In this document: one piece after another, positions 50,491 to 62,374 of the stretch
Layout: each line of letters starts with the position of its first letter
Numbering within the stretch: position 1 is the stretch's first letter
Assembly (NCBI RefSeq): GCF_006345805.1
Contig: NC_042999.1
Coordinates: forward strand, 162,874,001-162,938,000
Reading direction: 5' to 3'
DNA: 64,000 bases
Source: Octopus sinensis
Taxonomy: Eukaryota
Program-made: the position numbers and the translations under genes
The notes under the pieces: generated by a model
Told to the model about the DNA's origin: nothing
What the model saw: the letters and a program-made list of their open reading frames with translations, nothing else
Database searches by the model: none

Positions 50491-50686
50491 CTGTGTTTGT
50501 CCCCCCAACATCGTTTGAAAACCGATGCTGGTGTGTTTATGTCCCTGTAACTTGGCAGTTCGGCAAAAGAGACCGATAGAATAAGTACTGGGCTTACAAA
50601 GAATAAGTCCTGGGGTCGATTTGCTCGACTAAAAGGCGGTGCTCCAGCATGGCCACAATCAAATAACTGAAACAAGTAAAAGAGTA
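50281..50686 (+). mobile_element. tRNA-SINE family A in intron 10 (opposite orientation to the copies in introns 2 and 5)
   Basis: ataggcgtaggagtggctgtgtgg head, (TA)n, aagagtaa tail. Confidence 0.92.
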
Positions 50687-50829
50687 ACAACTGGATGTAT
50701 AAGTATACAGATTTAAAGAATATTGTTTGTGTGTATAATGTTTGTAGAGTTGGTCTTGTTTGTGTCTTGTAAGATTTTGAATTACTCTTTTGAAAGCTCT
50801 TTGTATCTTGAAGTACATTTCTTATGCAG

Positions 50830-50917
50830 ATCTCCTATGGCCAGAAAAAATGGTACTGTTTACTGGAGTTTGTCTTCGGGATCTTAGTGCTTGTGTTATA
50901 CACATACATAGAAAGTG
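50830..50917 (+). CDS. CCNF: Cyclin F exon 11
   Basis: LLWPEKMVLFTGVCLRDLSACVIHIHRK aligns with human QPWTTQLWDLTGFSYEDLIPCVLSLHKK. Confidence 0.92.
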
Positions 50918-51358
50918 GTATGTATTTTTTGTCTGTTCCTTCTATGATAGATCTTACAAGCAACGGGAACTTTTAACTGTTTGGGTTTCATAGCTTAAAG
51001 CACTAGTGGTCATATAGCTTCCCTGAAAGTTCCCATTTGAATGTAAATAGTTAATTTGTAGACATTGATATTTCTGTTAGCATTCTATTCAGCCATAGTG
51101 TTAATGCTTGTTGGGCAAACTAGATCAAACAATTATGTGCTGTCTTAAGGATTGACCATGTCTAGTCTAGCACCTTGACTTTTCTACTAATGTGTTGCTT
51201 TAAATTATGGTTTGTTGACAGTAAAAATATAGACTAATTCAGAGTGTAGTCAATGTTTTGAGCTATTGGGACAGGGATATGTTGGATATAAATTGTCTAT
51301 AGAAAAGATTTGCTTTTATTTATATTAAACAAATTCCAATTTATTTTTCTCTATTCAG

Positions 51359-51458
51359 TTTTTTTGAGGGTGTTGTTATTGACCATCGGGATGTTGTCTT
51401 GCAAGCTGTCAAACTACGATATAGTAATGAAAATTTTGATAAAGTTAGTGATAGAACG
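51359..51458 (+). CDS. CCNF: Cyclin F exon 12
   Basis: (C)FFEGVVIDHRDVVLQAVKLRYSNENFDKVSDRT aligns with human CFHDDAPKDYRQVSLTAVKQRFEDKRYGEISQEE; gtaagt donor. Confidence 0.93.
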
Positions 51459-51894
51459 GTAAGTTGACAGGTTTTCTGTTAAGCTTTAAATGTTTGTACT
51501 GTAAATTATTTAATATATGCTATTGGCCAGCATTCCTACCAGAAAGACTTTTTGTTTCTGTATTTTCACTGATGAGAGCTTAAGCCTTTTGTTACCAAAT
51601 TTCTGTTGAAATACATTGCCTTTGTTTCAGTTACTTTTGAAAATAATGATGAATTCAGTAAAATACGATGGTGTTTGGAACATAATATAAAATTTTGATG
51701 TAAAGCTATTGATTTGAATAACTGGAAGTTTGTAATCACAGAACCAGGGGCTGTCTCGGGCAGGCTGGCATTGTATCAATAAGGTTAAAAAATTCTAAAA
51801 TATAGTTTAGCACTCTATGATATAGAGTGAATTCTAATAGTGAATGAATACATTGTCTGATATTGGCTAAAGATTTTGAATTTTTGCTTACATA

Positions 51895-52250
51895 AAAAGC
51901 ACCATCCGTTCGTGGCCGTTGCCAGCCTCGCCTGGCCCCCGTGCCGGTGGCACGTAAAAAGCACCATCCGTTCATGGCCATTGCCAGCCTAGCCTGGCCC
52001 CCGTGCCGGTGGCACATAAAAAGCACCATCCGATCGTGGCCGTTTGCCAGACTCGTCTGGCACCTGTGCGGGTGGCATGTAAAAGCACCCACTACACTCT
52101 TGGAGTGGTTGGCGTTAGGAAGGGCATCCAGCTGTAGAAACATTGCCAGATCAAACTTGGCCTGATGCAGCCTTCTGGCTTCCCAGACCCCAGTTGAACC
52201 GTCCAACCCATGCTAGCATGGAAAGCGGACACTAAACGATGATGATGATG
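51895..52250 (+). mobile_element. Retroposon with ~62-bp tandem 5' units and an RTE-type 3' tail
   Basis: Three aaaagcaccatccg...gtggcac units, then the gtggttggcgttaggaagggcatccagc...(gat)n tail shared with 26152-26430. Confidence 0.8.
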
Positions 52251-52828
52251 AAGGGAATAGGGTACAATTCCAAATCTAACACTTGTCAGCACTTATAATT
52301 TTTAATAGTATTTAAGCCTCTTCCCTCAATACTGCTCCCCCCTTTCCCAGCCGAGGGTCTTTGTCTTACACAGTTACTTGGTGACCCTGCCCGTGCTGGT
52401 ACCATGCGAAAAGCATCCAGTACACTCTGTGCAGGTATGGTTGTCTGGTAAGAAGCTTACTTCCAAGTCACGTGATCTTGGTCCAATCCCACTGCATTTT
52501 GGGCAAGTGTCTCCTACTATAACTCTGGACCAGCCAAAGCCTTATTAGTGGATTTGGTAGAAAGAAACTGAAAGTTTATCATATATGTATGTGTTATGTG
52601 CGTTACTGTCCTTGCTTTGGTGTCATGCGATAGTTATAAACGGGAATCTCACCATGCAAGCTAGCACTGTCCTTCATTTTGGTCATGGAGAATATTACCT
52701 TACTTGGAAATAGGCATGGGTTGGCAACAAGAGCAGCATTCAGTTGTAGAAAATCCACTTCAACAAATTTCATCCATCCATGCAAGCATGGAAAAGTAGA
52801 CATTTAACAATGCTGATGATTTGAGTTG

Positions 52829-53068
52829 GGTTTGTTGACAGTAAAAATATAGACTAATTCAGAGTGTAGGCAATGTTCTGAGCTATTGGGACAGGGATAT
52901 GTTGGATATAAATTGTCTATAGAAAGGATTTGCTTTTATTTATATTAAACAAATTCCAATTTATTTTTCTCTATTCAGTTTTTTTGAGGGTGTTGTTATT
53001 GACCATTGGGATGTTGTCTTGCAAGCTGTCAAACTACGATATAGTAATGAAAATTTTGATAAAGTTAG
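52829..53068 (+). pseudogene. Partial duplicate of the CCNF intron 11/exon 12 junction (pseudo-exon with intact acceptor, no original donor)
   Basis: Copy of 51209-51448 at +1620 with 4 differences in 240 nt, including CGG>TGG. Confidence 0.95.
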
Positions 53069-53216
53069 GTGCTCTTACATGGCTGGAGGTAGAAACCTGT
53101 CTGGTCATGGGGAGTATTACCTTATTTGGAAATAGGGGAGGGTTGGCAACAGAAACAGCATTCAACTGTAGAAAATCCACCTTAATTTTATCCAAGCATG
53201 GAAAAGTGGGCATTAA

Positions 53217-55378
53217 CCCTTTTGATGCCAGCCTGGCCACAGCTGACCCAAAAAGTTTTTGGCTCAAACGACCAATCCAGCCAAGAAAAGCCATTGTTAT
53301 ATAAATGTGAATTTCAGCACAAATCTTGTTCGTACATTCGTGAAAACACGTAATTTCACTTAGTAAATAATAGAGTTGTAGTATCTGACGTGATATCTGA
53401 ACTCTATGAATTTTGGGATTTTTTCTTCAGCGATTTTTTTTTAAAAACTTTTAAAATGGATAGGAATTCATGCTATCAAGCAGTGATTCCGAGTTTAAGG
53501 GCTTTTAACGGAAGATATGGAGAAATCGAGCAAAAGTATGAATCAACTACAAAAGCACGTAGTGTATGAAAACAAACCTGATATTCTGTATCCGAAACTA
53601 AAAGCGGCAACAGTGAGGACGATTTTACACTTGAATGGAGTAAGAGGTTAAAAATATTTTTATCAGCAATTTTTCTGAGGAGATTGGATCTGCTCAGTCT
53701 TTCTCAGGAAGCAAAACAATTAGACTTTTTTTCGTATTTTTTCCAGTAGGTTTGTTTGAAGCCATCACTGTGGAAACAGACCGTTACTCTGATACAAATT
53801 ACTGGAACAATAAGGAACCTTTTGGTGATCAATACATTTCCAGTATTATGTCAAGGACATGACTTGTGGAATTGAACCATCATCGACTGCATTCAAAACG
53901 CATATAAAACACTCTACAACCCTGATAGATACCTATCCGTCGATGAGGGCATGGTGAGGTATAAAGGAAGGGTATGCTTCCGACAATATATGCCAGGAAA
54001 GCCCACCAAATGGAGGATCAAGGTTTGGAAAATTTGCAGAGCAAATACTGGGTACTGCTGTGGGTTTAGTTTTTATACTGGGGAAAAGAGACAATAATGT
54101 TAGTCGGCCTGGGGTATGATGTGGTCTGGAATTTCTCACCTCCATACCATAAGCAGGGCCATATAATGTTTTTTGACTTTTTTTTTTCTCTTTTCTTTTT
54201 GGTTTGGTCGACCTTGCGGTGGGTTTAGAAACCGTGATATGTTCATGTGTGCTACAGTAATTGCTAGTAGACAAAGCTTCTGTTGGCTATAAAAAACGCA
54301 AAATTGCCCCCCCAAAAAAGGGTGAAGTAATCCAACAGCAGAAAGGAAGTCTGCTAGCGGCCGCATACAGAGATAAGGGGCAGATGAATTTTATATCTAC
54401 CAGTGCATGGACATGTGTAGATGAAAATGGCACCCCGTTTATGAACCTTGATTATAACAGGTACATGGGCAATGTAGATCGGTGAAACCAAATGATGAGT
54501 TATCTGGTTGGTAGACTGGGTTATAAATGGTAGCGATACCTGGTTTGATATATAGTAAACATGAGCATTGTATATGCATTTATATTACCGTATTTTAATG
54601 TGTATAAGGAACCTTTTTTTGTCAAAAGTTAGGTTCAGAAAGTATGGGAGTTTCTTATACATGGATAGTATTAGAATCTCTTACAAAACCTTTTCCAAAT
54701 TTTAAGCCTCAAAAATGAGGGGGTTCTTTATACACGTTAAGATACGGTATATACCAAATCAGAAGGGGCTCAAAAGCAGTGTGACCATCTGTAGTTCTGA
54801 ACAGATGTAGCAATACAGTTGGAGGCAGGTTATTCCTCCAAAACAATAACTGTTGGAAGGAAAAGCAAAATCGAATTTACTTTTTAACTTTTATTTGTCT
54901 GCAAGGTGAGTGACGAGTTTTGATTTAATTTCTATTTTGTAAATCTTTATTATATATGTTCTTGTGTATTCATTTTCTTTTTTTTTTTTTTTTTGCTTTC
55001 TTTAAAAACAAGTTCCAGTATTTCATTTTATTTTACTTTTACCTGTTATGTGCATTAGATTAAACTGATAATCTAGTATTGTGCACAATTTTTCTATATT
55101 AAAATTTTGTTGCATATCCAATTGACTTATTTTCTGTGGTGATGTTTCAACAAAATTTATTTTTATATTTTGCTGAATTTACCTGCAATTAGTCACTTTG
55201 AGACTAAAGTTATGCAATAGAATTAAGAACCCTTTCTTCAGCTATGTTCCCAAAATCACGTTAATATGTTAAATAAAAAAAAAGTTACAGTTTAATGAAA
55301 CTAGTCTAAATTCATGATTTTAAAATTTCATTGAAACTCAAGGGGTATATTTTGGTTAGAAATCTAGTAAGGAAGGGG
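53217..55378 (+). mobile_element. Decayed piggyBac-superfamily transposon in intron 12
   Basis: TTAA|CCC...GGG|TTAA ends. Disrupted transposase motifs SVDEGMVRYKGR..FRQYMPGKPTKWRIKVW (about 53935-54030) and LDYNRYMGNVDR (about 54447-54482). Confidence 0.8.
54588..54747. mobile_element. Tc1/mariner(pogo)-type MITE nested in the piggyBac relic
   Basis: TA|ccgtattttaatgtgtataag ... tttatacacgttaagatacgg|TA. Confidence 0.75.
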
Positions 55379-55580
55379 TTAAACAATGCTGGTGATTTGA
55401 ATTAGGGTGTTATTACCAGGTGCTATTATTATATGGCTGGAGGTGAAGAAAAGGTTGCAGTGGACTACGAGAATGTGAATCATCCACTAATGTAGATGAA
55501 GAACTTAGAGTAAAGAGGTTCCTTTGTAGCTGGATCTAAACCAGGTGAAGTCAATTATGTGGTGGCTTTTTTATATACAA

Positions 55581-55972
55581 CTAGCAGTATCGCTCGGGTT
55601 TGTAAGGGAAATAACTATATAAGCATTTTTAGAGATGTAAAGTATAATAGCCATCTCAATATGGCTAACCACAAGTGTTGGGGGGGGTGTTACTGTAGCT
55701 TTTTACGTTCTGAGATTTAATAATAAATTTTTAGAGAGTTACTTCCCTTATATATGCCAAAATTGCATTAAAAATGGGAAAAATTGATGGTAAATTTTTT
55801 TTTTTAATCGTAGACTCATCGTAGACGCGCGCTAATACCCAGAAGGGCTCGATATGAATCACGACTATAAGATACCCGGTTTTGGTTAAACTGCACCGCA
55901 AAATGTGGGAGTAGTTAGGAATCTAAATCGTAGGAGACAGACAGCACACAACCTCACTTTTATATATAAAGA
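55581..55972 (-). mobile_element. Non-autonomous Helitron-like element, copy 4 (hairpin partly deleted)
   Basis: ctagcagtatcgctcggg lacks ccggcgttgc relative to copy 2; TC end at 55972. Confidence 0.88.
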
Positions 55973-56093
55973 TAATACAAAATGTAGGGCAAATTTATTT
56001 GGAAGTGGGTTTGAATGTAGTTGGGTTATATTGATTTGTGATCCAATCTTGTTTTTATTTTTCTGTAACTTAAACTGTTTTCTCTATTCTTAG

Positions 56094-56230
56094 ATACCAC
56101 ACTATGGCGATGTTTGTTCTCGCCTTGGCATGGCCAGCCAGCAGCAGATCAGTGATCCAAATCATCGGCGTAAATGTAAGAACACTAAGGATTTAATAAT
56201 GTCACCATCTCGGAAAAAAGCTATCAAAAG
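56094..56230 (+). CDS. CCNF: Cyclin F exon 13 (basic NLS-like segment)
   Basis: IPHYGDVCSRLG...IMSPSRKKAIKR aligns with human VLSYSQLCAALG...FLSSPSGRRTKR; phases 0/2 fit the neighbours. Confidence 0.9.
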
Positions 56231-56946
56231 GTACAGTAAAATTATATTGAAGTTTTGGAAGCTAAGAGAATTCACAGCAAAGCTTTGTTCTGTTTTTAAT
56301 GGAATTTGTTATATAAAGAAAATATGCTTAAAAATTTTATGTTTTTCCATTACTATTATTTTTCCAGTTATTTCTTGATACTCAATGGAATTGTACTAAA
56401 CTGATTTTATAATTCTCCACCTATTGTTTGGAAACATTTTCTGGTTTTTATGATAGTTGTAAAGCGTAGACTGTTGAGATATCCCAGACATATAGGCTGG
56501 GCTACTAATTAAATAGTTATTAATAGAATGTTGAGTTTGTTAAATGCTGCTTCATGTCAGAAAGTCTGTTTTCCTATTTTTATAAGACACCTGAGAAAAA
56601 GTATTCAATATATAAAGTGTTAATTGTTTGAAGCTGATTTACTCTGTCACTACTCTGAGTTTCTCACGTGCATGTGTTTGCAAAGCAAATGCATCCCGGT
56701 GAGAAACTCATAGGGTTGTGAATCATCAACTTGAAATGAATTTAAATTATTTTATTCCCACTAAAAATCTACGGTGTATGCTGAAAGCTTGTGTGCTGAA
56801 TGATGCAGTAATTCTTCTATAGAATACCAGTTTCATAAATATTGCTGCAATCATGAAATGCATAGTGTAATGTTTAATGGTAAAGTAAGCTACTATGCAA
56901 TCTGTCAGCCTGCAAGAAATTAGACAGTGTAGTCACTGGTATATAT

Positions 56947-57313
56947 GGAAGCACTCCATTGGTTACGACGATGAGGGTTCCGGTTGATCCGAATCAACGG
57001 AACAGCCTGCTCGTGAAATTAACGTGTAAGTGGCTGAGCACTCCACAGACACGTGCACCCTTAACGTAGTTCTCGGGGATATTCAGTGTGACACAGAGAG
57101 TGACAAGGCCGGACCCTTGAAATACAGGTACAACAGAAACAGGAAGTAAGAGTGAGAGAAAGTTGTGGTGAAAGAGTACAGCAGGGATTACCACCATCCC
57201 CTGCCGGAGCCTCGTGGAGCTTTAGGTGTTTTCGCTCAATAAACACTCACAACGCACGGTCTGGGAATCGAAACCGCGAGTCCGCTGCCCTAACCACTGG
57301 GCCATTGCGCCTC
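56947..57313 (-). mobile_element. tRNA-SINE family C with 13-bp TSD
   Basis: Minus-strand head ggaggcgcaatggcccagtggttagggcagcggac...ttcgattccc; cactggtatatat at 56934-56946 and 57314-57326. Confidence 0.9.
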
Positions 57314-57574
57314 CACTGGTATATATACAAAACTCAGTGTAGTCAAGAAGCAGATGAACACCTTTGAACATAGGTTGCTTAATGAGGGCTAATCTGGGGT
57401 TAAACCACCAACTGAAAATGTTAAGTAGATAAAGGCATTATTTTGCAAAATAGATATCATCTGGTTAAATTATGTCTGCTATAGAAATGTGGTATATTTA
57501 TATAGAAATTTGTGTTGAAATGTGTTTTGCATTGACTAATTTATTTACCTGTATTGTTTGAATATGTATTTCAG

Positions 57575-57723
57575 ATCAATCAGTGAGAAAGATTTCTTTG
57601 GTGTTCCAACAACATCCAATGGTAACAACTCAACTCAAATCCAGCTATCTCCATCTTTGCTCAATGAATCAGTATTATCCGGTTATGAGGGGGACGAGGA
57701 AGATTCTGTGATAGACAATGATC
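57575..57723 (+). CDS. CCNF: Cyclin F exon 14 (PEST region)
   Basis: Contains SGYEGDEEDS, matching human CSGYEGDQES; phases 2/1 fit. Confidence 0.9.
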
Positions 57724-57980
57724 GTGAGTATAGTTATTAGTTCATTTTTTGCTTCAGTTTACTTAACCAGAAAAATCAATCTATTCTTGCATTGCGGATG
57801 AGTGCTTAGTAGTAGGAAGACTATTCAGCCATGAAAATAATTTTGTCAACAAAACTCCTCCCGCCCAAGATTTATGAAAAATAGATGCAAAATTTGTGTG
57901 TGTGTAAATTATTGATTCTTTGATTGCCCTCTTGGTATATCTTTTTAATCATAATTTCTTTAATTTTTATTTATTTTCAG

Positions 57981-58438
57981 TGGAACATAAACCTATGGAT
58001 GTCCCATCCACTTGTTCCTGTGATCCTGCTGACTGTGGTGTTGGTGGTATGACAGCTGCTCCAGTCCGTTATCAGGGTCGATCTTATATTGTCTTTACAA
58101 GATCGGCAACTTCTAGTTCTACCACTGCTGCAAGTTCTCATGTGGATTCACTACCAAATGGAAGCTCCGACAATAGCAATGCACGCCAGGGGTCACCTTG
58201 TAGTCAGCCAGATGGCTGTAATCTCTGCCATTTACTTGACATCCGATCTCAGGCAAGAACTGTTTATGATTCTGGGACCGAAGAGGACTCTGATGTTGAA
58301 GACGACAATGCCAAGTTCAATCCTGCTTTTATGCGGACAAGATCTCGTGTGCGACCACACTGTGTTGTTGGCAGTAGCTTCAAAAGAAAGTGTAAAACTC
58401 AAATTGGTAGTGCTTCAAAAACTTTTGTCATTCCATAG
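57981..58438 (+). CDS. CCNF: Cyclin F exon 15 (last coding exon, stop TAG 58436-58438)
   Basis: Strong ttttatttattttcag acceptor; phase 1 fits exon 14; Ser/Asp/Glu-rich tail. Exons 2-15 total 2336 nt, which with the 1-nt carry-over is 779 codons including the stop. Confidence 0.85.
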
Positions 58439-61221
58439 CTGACTGTTTTCAGGAATGTTTCATTGTTTATGATGGTGATGATCATGATTATTGTATGCAT
58501 GTGTGTATATATAGACAAATGTGTGTGTGTGAATATTTATCTGAAGCAGTTTTAGATAAATACACAGCTGGTGAATTTTGGCCTGATTAATAGGGGGACA
58601 TTATTTTTTCTGTATTAAGTGGCAAAAAATAGCATTTGCTGAGTCTGTAAAATTGTGACTTATTTTTGTGCTCAAGTATATTAGTGTTTGATGTTATCAA
58701 CAATGATTTATGTTGGAAGACTACATTATTAAAAAAAAAAAAAGATGTGTAGGTCTTTGGTAATGACATTTTTCACTACAGCAAAGATGATAGATAAAAT
58801 ATAAAAAATTTATTGGTGATGGAAGCAGTACTGATACCAAAAGGTCATTTTTACCTCTAACTTAATATGGGTGACTTATTAGAACACCAAATACTGTATT
58901 GTTAGCTTTGAGAGATTCTCTCATATAGAAGCTTGGTGCATAAGAGTACACACACACACAGATCATAGCAAAGGAAATTTGTCTGTCATGGGTGCTGGAA
59001 TTCCCATATCACATTCTGATTTATTGGACCTTGTCAGTGGTAAGCACCGGTCACTGCATGCCAGTCAAGTCTTGCTGCCATTATATGTTTGCATCTTTTA
59101 ATGTGTATGCTTTTATACACAAAGCACCTATACAAGAGGATTTCTTAAGGTTAGTGACACAGTATTCAGTGTTCTATCAAGACATCCTTGTAAAATTGGA
59201 TAGAAAGATATTAATTTATCACTTATTTCCAAACTGATGAGCAGCCAAGTAAGAAGTGGGCTTTCAACAGATAGTTTACACCTATTTGATTCTTTGTGAT
59301 CTCCATTTCACCTAAGTTGCATTGTTGATACAGTGTAAATAATCAAACTCTACAGCTGTGTATTTAAAACTTGCTTGAAGGGAAGTTTTCAGTTTCTCTC
59401 TCTCTCATGTATATATATATATATATATATTACGTATTTAGAGAGAGAGAGAGAGAGAGAATCATGTTCAAAGACATAACCACTCTCCTGCTCACACTTT
59501 CTTTCATCACATTATTGCTCAATATAAAGTGGTGGGTTGTAAATTTGAAAGTTGAAATTTGTTCCATGAAATCTTTGTTTAAACTTTTTGTGGTTAGTGT
59601 CACAGAGCAAGAGATCAATAAACTGAGTCCATAAGCTGGTTTCTATTCTTTGCTGAGGTAAATTCACCTCAACTATACCTCTTGAGGAAGTTATGAATGC
59701 CAAATTCTTTCATTACTCATCTCATAAATTTCATTGTCTTGCAGTGAGAGGTCAATTATAAACTTTCATTCTTTGAAACTTTGTCTGTCTTAGAATTGCA
59801 GTAATTTTTTACTCCAAAATTGGAAAATTTTGTTAAAGCAATCTATTAGAATGTTTCATAGTTTTAGGTTTAGTCTACTTATGTATGCAGTGGATGGATA
59901 AGCTTCATATTTCTTTATATTTCGGAATGTGTGTGGGCATGAGAGATTGAAGCTATATAGAAGTTTGTAAAAAAAAAATAATTTTATTTATTACCTTCAG
60001 ACTACGTGCTAGCTGTGTGATGTTCTATCCATGCCGACTCTGGCAGATAATGTTTAAACTAGTCTCTTCAGAACAATATAACATTCAAATTGACATTTCT
60101 CACTTGGTACCACATTCTACATTCTGTTGTTTTATTAGCATTCAAAAGTTGAGCTCATTCCTAACATTACATAATTTACCATTTGATATGAAATACATGG
60201 AAGTTTTATTTTTCAAGTACACCTTTTGGTTCCTGTTGTAATAAAGACTATCAACTTCTGATTGAAATTCTTTAAGTGGTCTGAGGAAATTGAAAAAGGA
60301 TTACAAAATGTATTATTTGTGGGTGTTTCATCTGTATTACAATTTAAACAACATTGCTACCTTCAAATTGTCATCATAACGGAAGTGTGATTTGGGGTGA
60401 TTGTCGTATCTACTCATTACCTAAGCAATCATGTGTTTATATTTGTGTAAACAAGTTCAAATATTAAATTGTTGCCAATATCATACTTCCCGAGCATTTT
60501 AGTTATTAAATGTCATGTTACATGAATACTCCCAACTCTTTAGTTTTCACTACTTTTTCTTTTTTGCAGTTTTAACGTTTTGTTTTTGATTAATTTATTT
60601 CCTCCTCCTTTAAACTTTGTTGTTTCAAAATTATTGTCATTAGTACATACTATGCAACATTTAGTTTTTTTTTGGTTTTTTCCCCTTAAACTATCATCAA
60701 AGAAATATTAAGTGTAATGGGACTAAGGGCATTCCATTGAACCTTACATATATAAATTAATATATGTGCAAGATGTTCCCCATATTGCGGTTCCTTCATC
60801 ATTTATTCTTCCTCTAATTCAATGCAAAAGAAATTATCTTTTTTTTACTGAAAGAAAGAAATCCAAGTATATTTCTGTCTTGTTATAGATTTATAGAATC
60901 TGACAGCCTTCTTTTTGATTTTAATTTATTTTTTTATTCAAGATCTCTTAACATTTGTAATATTTTAATTTTGAAGAAGAAAAAAAAACAATAGAATTTT
61001 GAATAAATAATTTGCAACAAATAATTTTTATTTTAATAAAATTTAATTTAAATTTATTTAATAAAATGTTATTAAACACAGTTTTAAGTTTTGGAGTATG
61101 TTTAACTCAGTTATTTGCTGTTTAGTTGTTTCATTCTTTCTGGTGGGGAGTTTGTATAGCTGTGATGAGTCTATACCTAATCGTTGGTTCGGGGAAGGAG
61201 AGTTTGATCTGTTTTAAAACT

Positions 61222-61451
61222 GGCGGCGAGCTGGCAGAAACATTAGCAGCCGGGCGAAATGCGTAGCCGTATTTCGTCTGCCGTTACGTTCTGAGTTCAA
61301 ATTCCGCTGAGGTCGACTTTGCCTTTCATCCTTTCGGGGTCGATAAATTAAGTACCAGTTACGCACTGGGGTCGATGCAATCGACTTGATCTCTTTGTCT
61401 GTCCTTGTTTGTCCCCTCTTTGTTTAGCCCCTTGTGGGTAGTAAAGAAATA
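61222..61451 (+). mobile_element. Young tRNA-SINE family B with 16-bp TSD
   Basis: gatctgttttaaaact at 61206-61221 and 61452-61467. Confidence 0.93.
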
Positions 61452-62374
61452 GATCTGTTTTAAAACTGGGGAAACTGGAGCAAGGCACTGAGCCCAAAGA
61501 TCTTTGAGATTTGTGAAACAGTTTTAAAAGCCAAAGTAAAGTACAGCAATATATTTTTAATGTGCCCCAGCATGGCCACAGTCTATAGGCTGAAAGAAGT
61601 ATTGAGATTCTAAAAAAAAGAAACAGAAGTTGAATCTTCAAGTCATTGTTTTGTGTGCGTTTATGCAGTCTTGGTTATGGCTGATTTGAGAGGCTCAACT
61701 ATGTATGCATTATCTGAGTTGTAATACAGTAAAACCATCTTTGCAAGTTTCACATGTCTCAACTTTGACTGTTGCGACCCTTCGTTTTGTGAAAGGATGG
61801 ATAACCAGGACTATATTTCACTTGTAGACCCCTTCACAGATACACTAAACAGTGTGCATATATTATATTGACCTATGGATGTTTAAACTGAAAAAACATA
61901 ATGCTTCTCTAACATTCAACATAGGTTGAGCCTCTGCATGATTACCTGAAGTGTTAGAAATAGCAACCAAATCTTACAAATTCTATTACATTACTCAAAT
62001 GCATTTGATTAAAGGTGACCTGGTTTCAACAACATTAGGAGCAGTAACAAATTCTTTTAATACCTTCCTGTAATGGTCAGCCATTAATAGGGAAAGTTTG
62101 TCCAAATCAGCTAGGCCAGCAAGACGTCTGATCTTTAACTTTGGCAGCTCAGGAGGTGTTCCATAAATAGAACTTCTTTTTTTTTTCCTAGGGAGCCCAA
62201 AAGAATATTGTGAATGGTATGGTGTGAAGGAAGATTTACAACCAATTTATTTGGAGTTTTCTCTCTTTCAGTCTGCAATCCAACCTGCCATCTAGGCACA
62301 AATTCTCATTTTAGGAGAGGGACATATAGAATGTTAATGTATTCATTCCTTTTCCAAAAGTGTTAGGGATTTAA

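Noticed and set aside
56947-57313. tRNA genes
   Set aside because: The tRNA-like A/B boxes here and in the other SINEs are SINE heads followed by SINE bodies, tails and TSDs, not complete cloverleaves.
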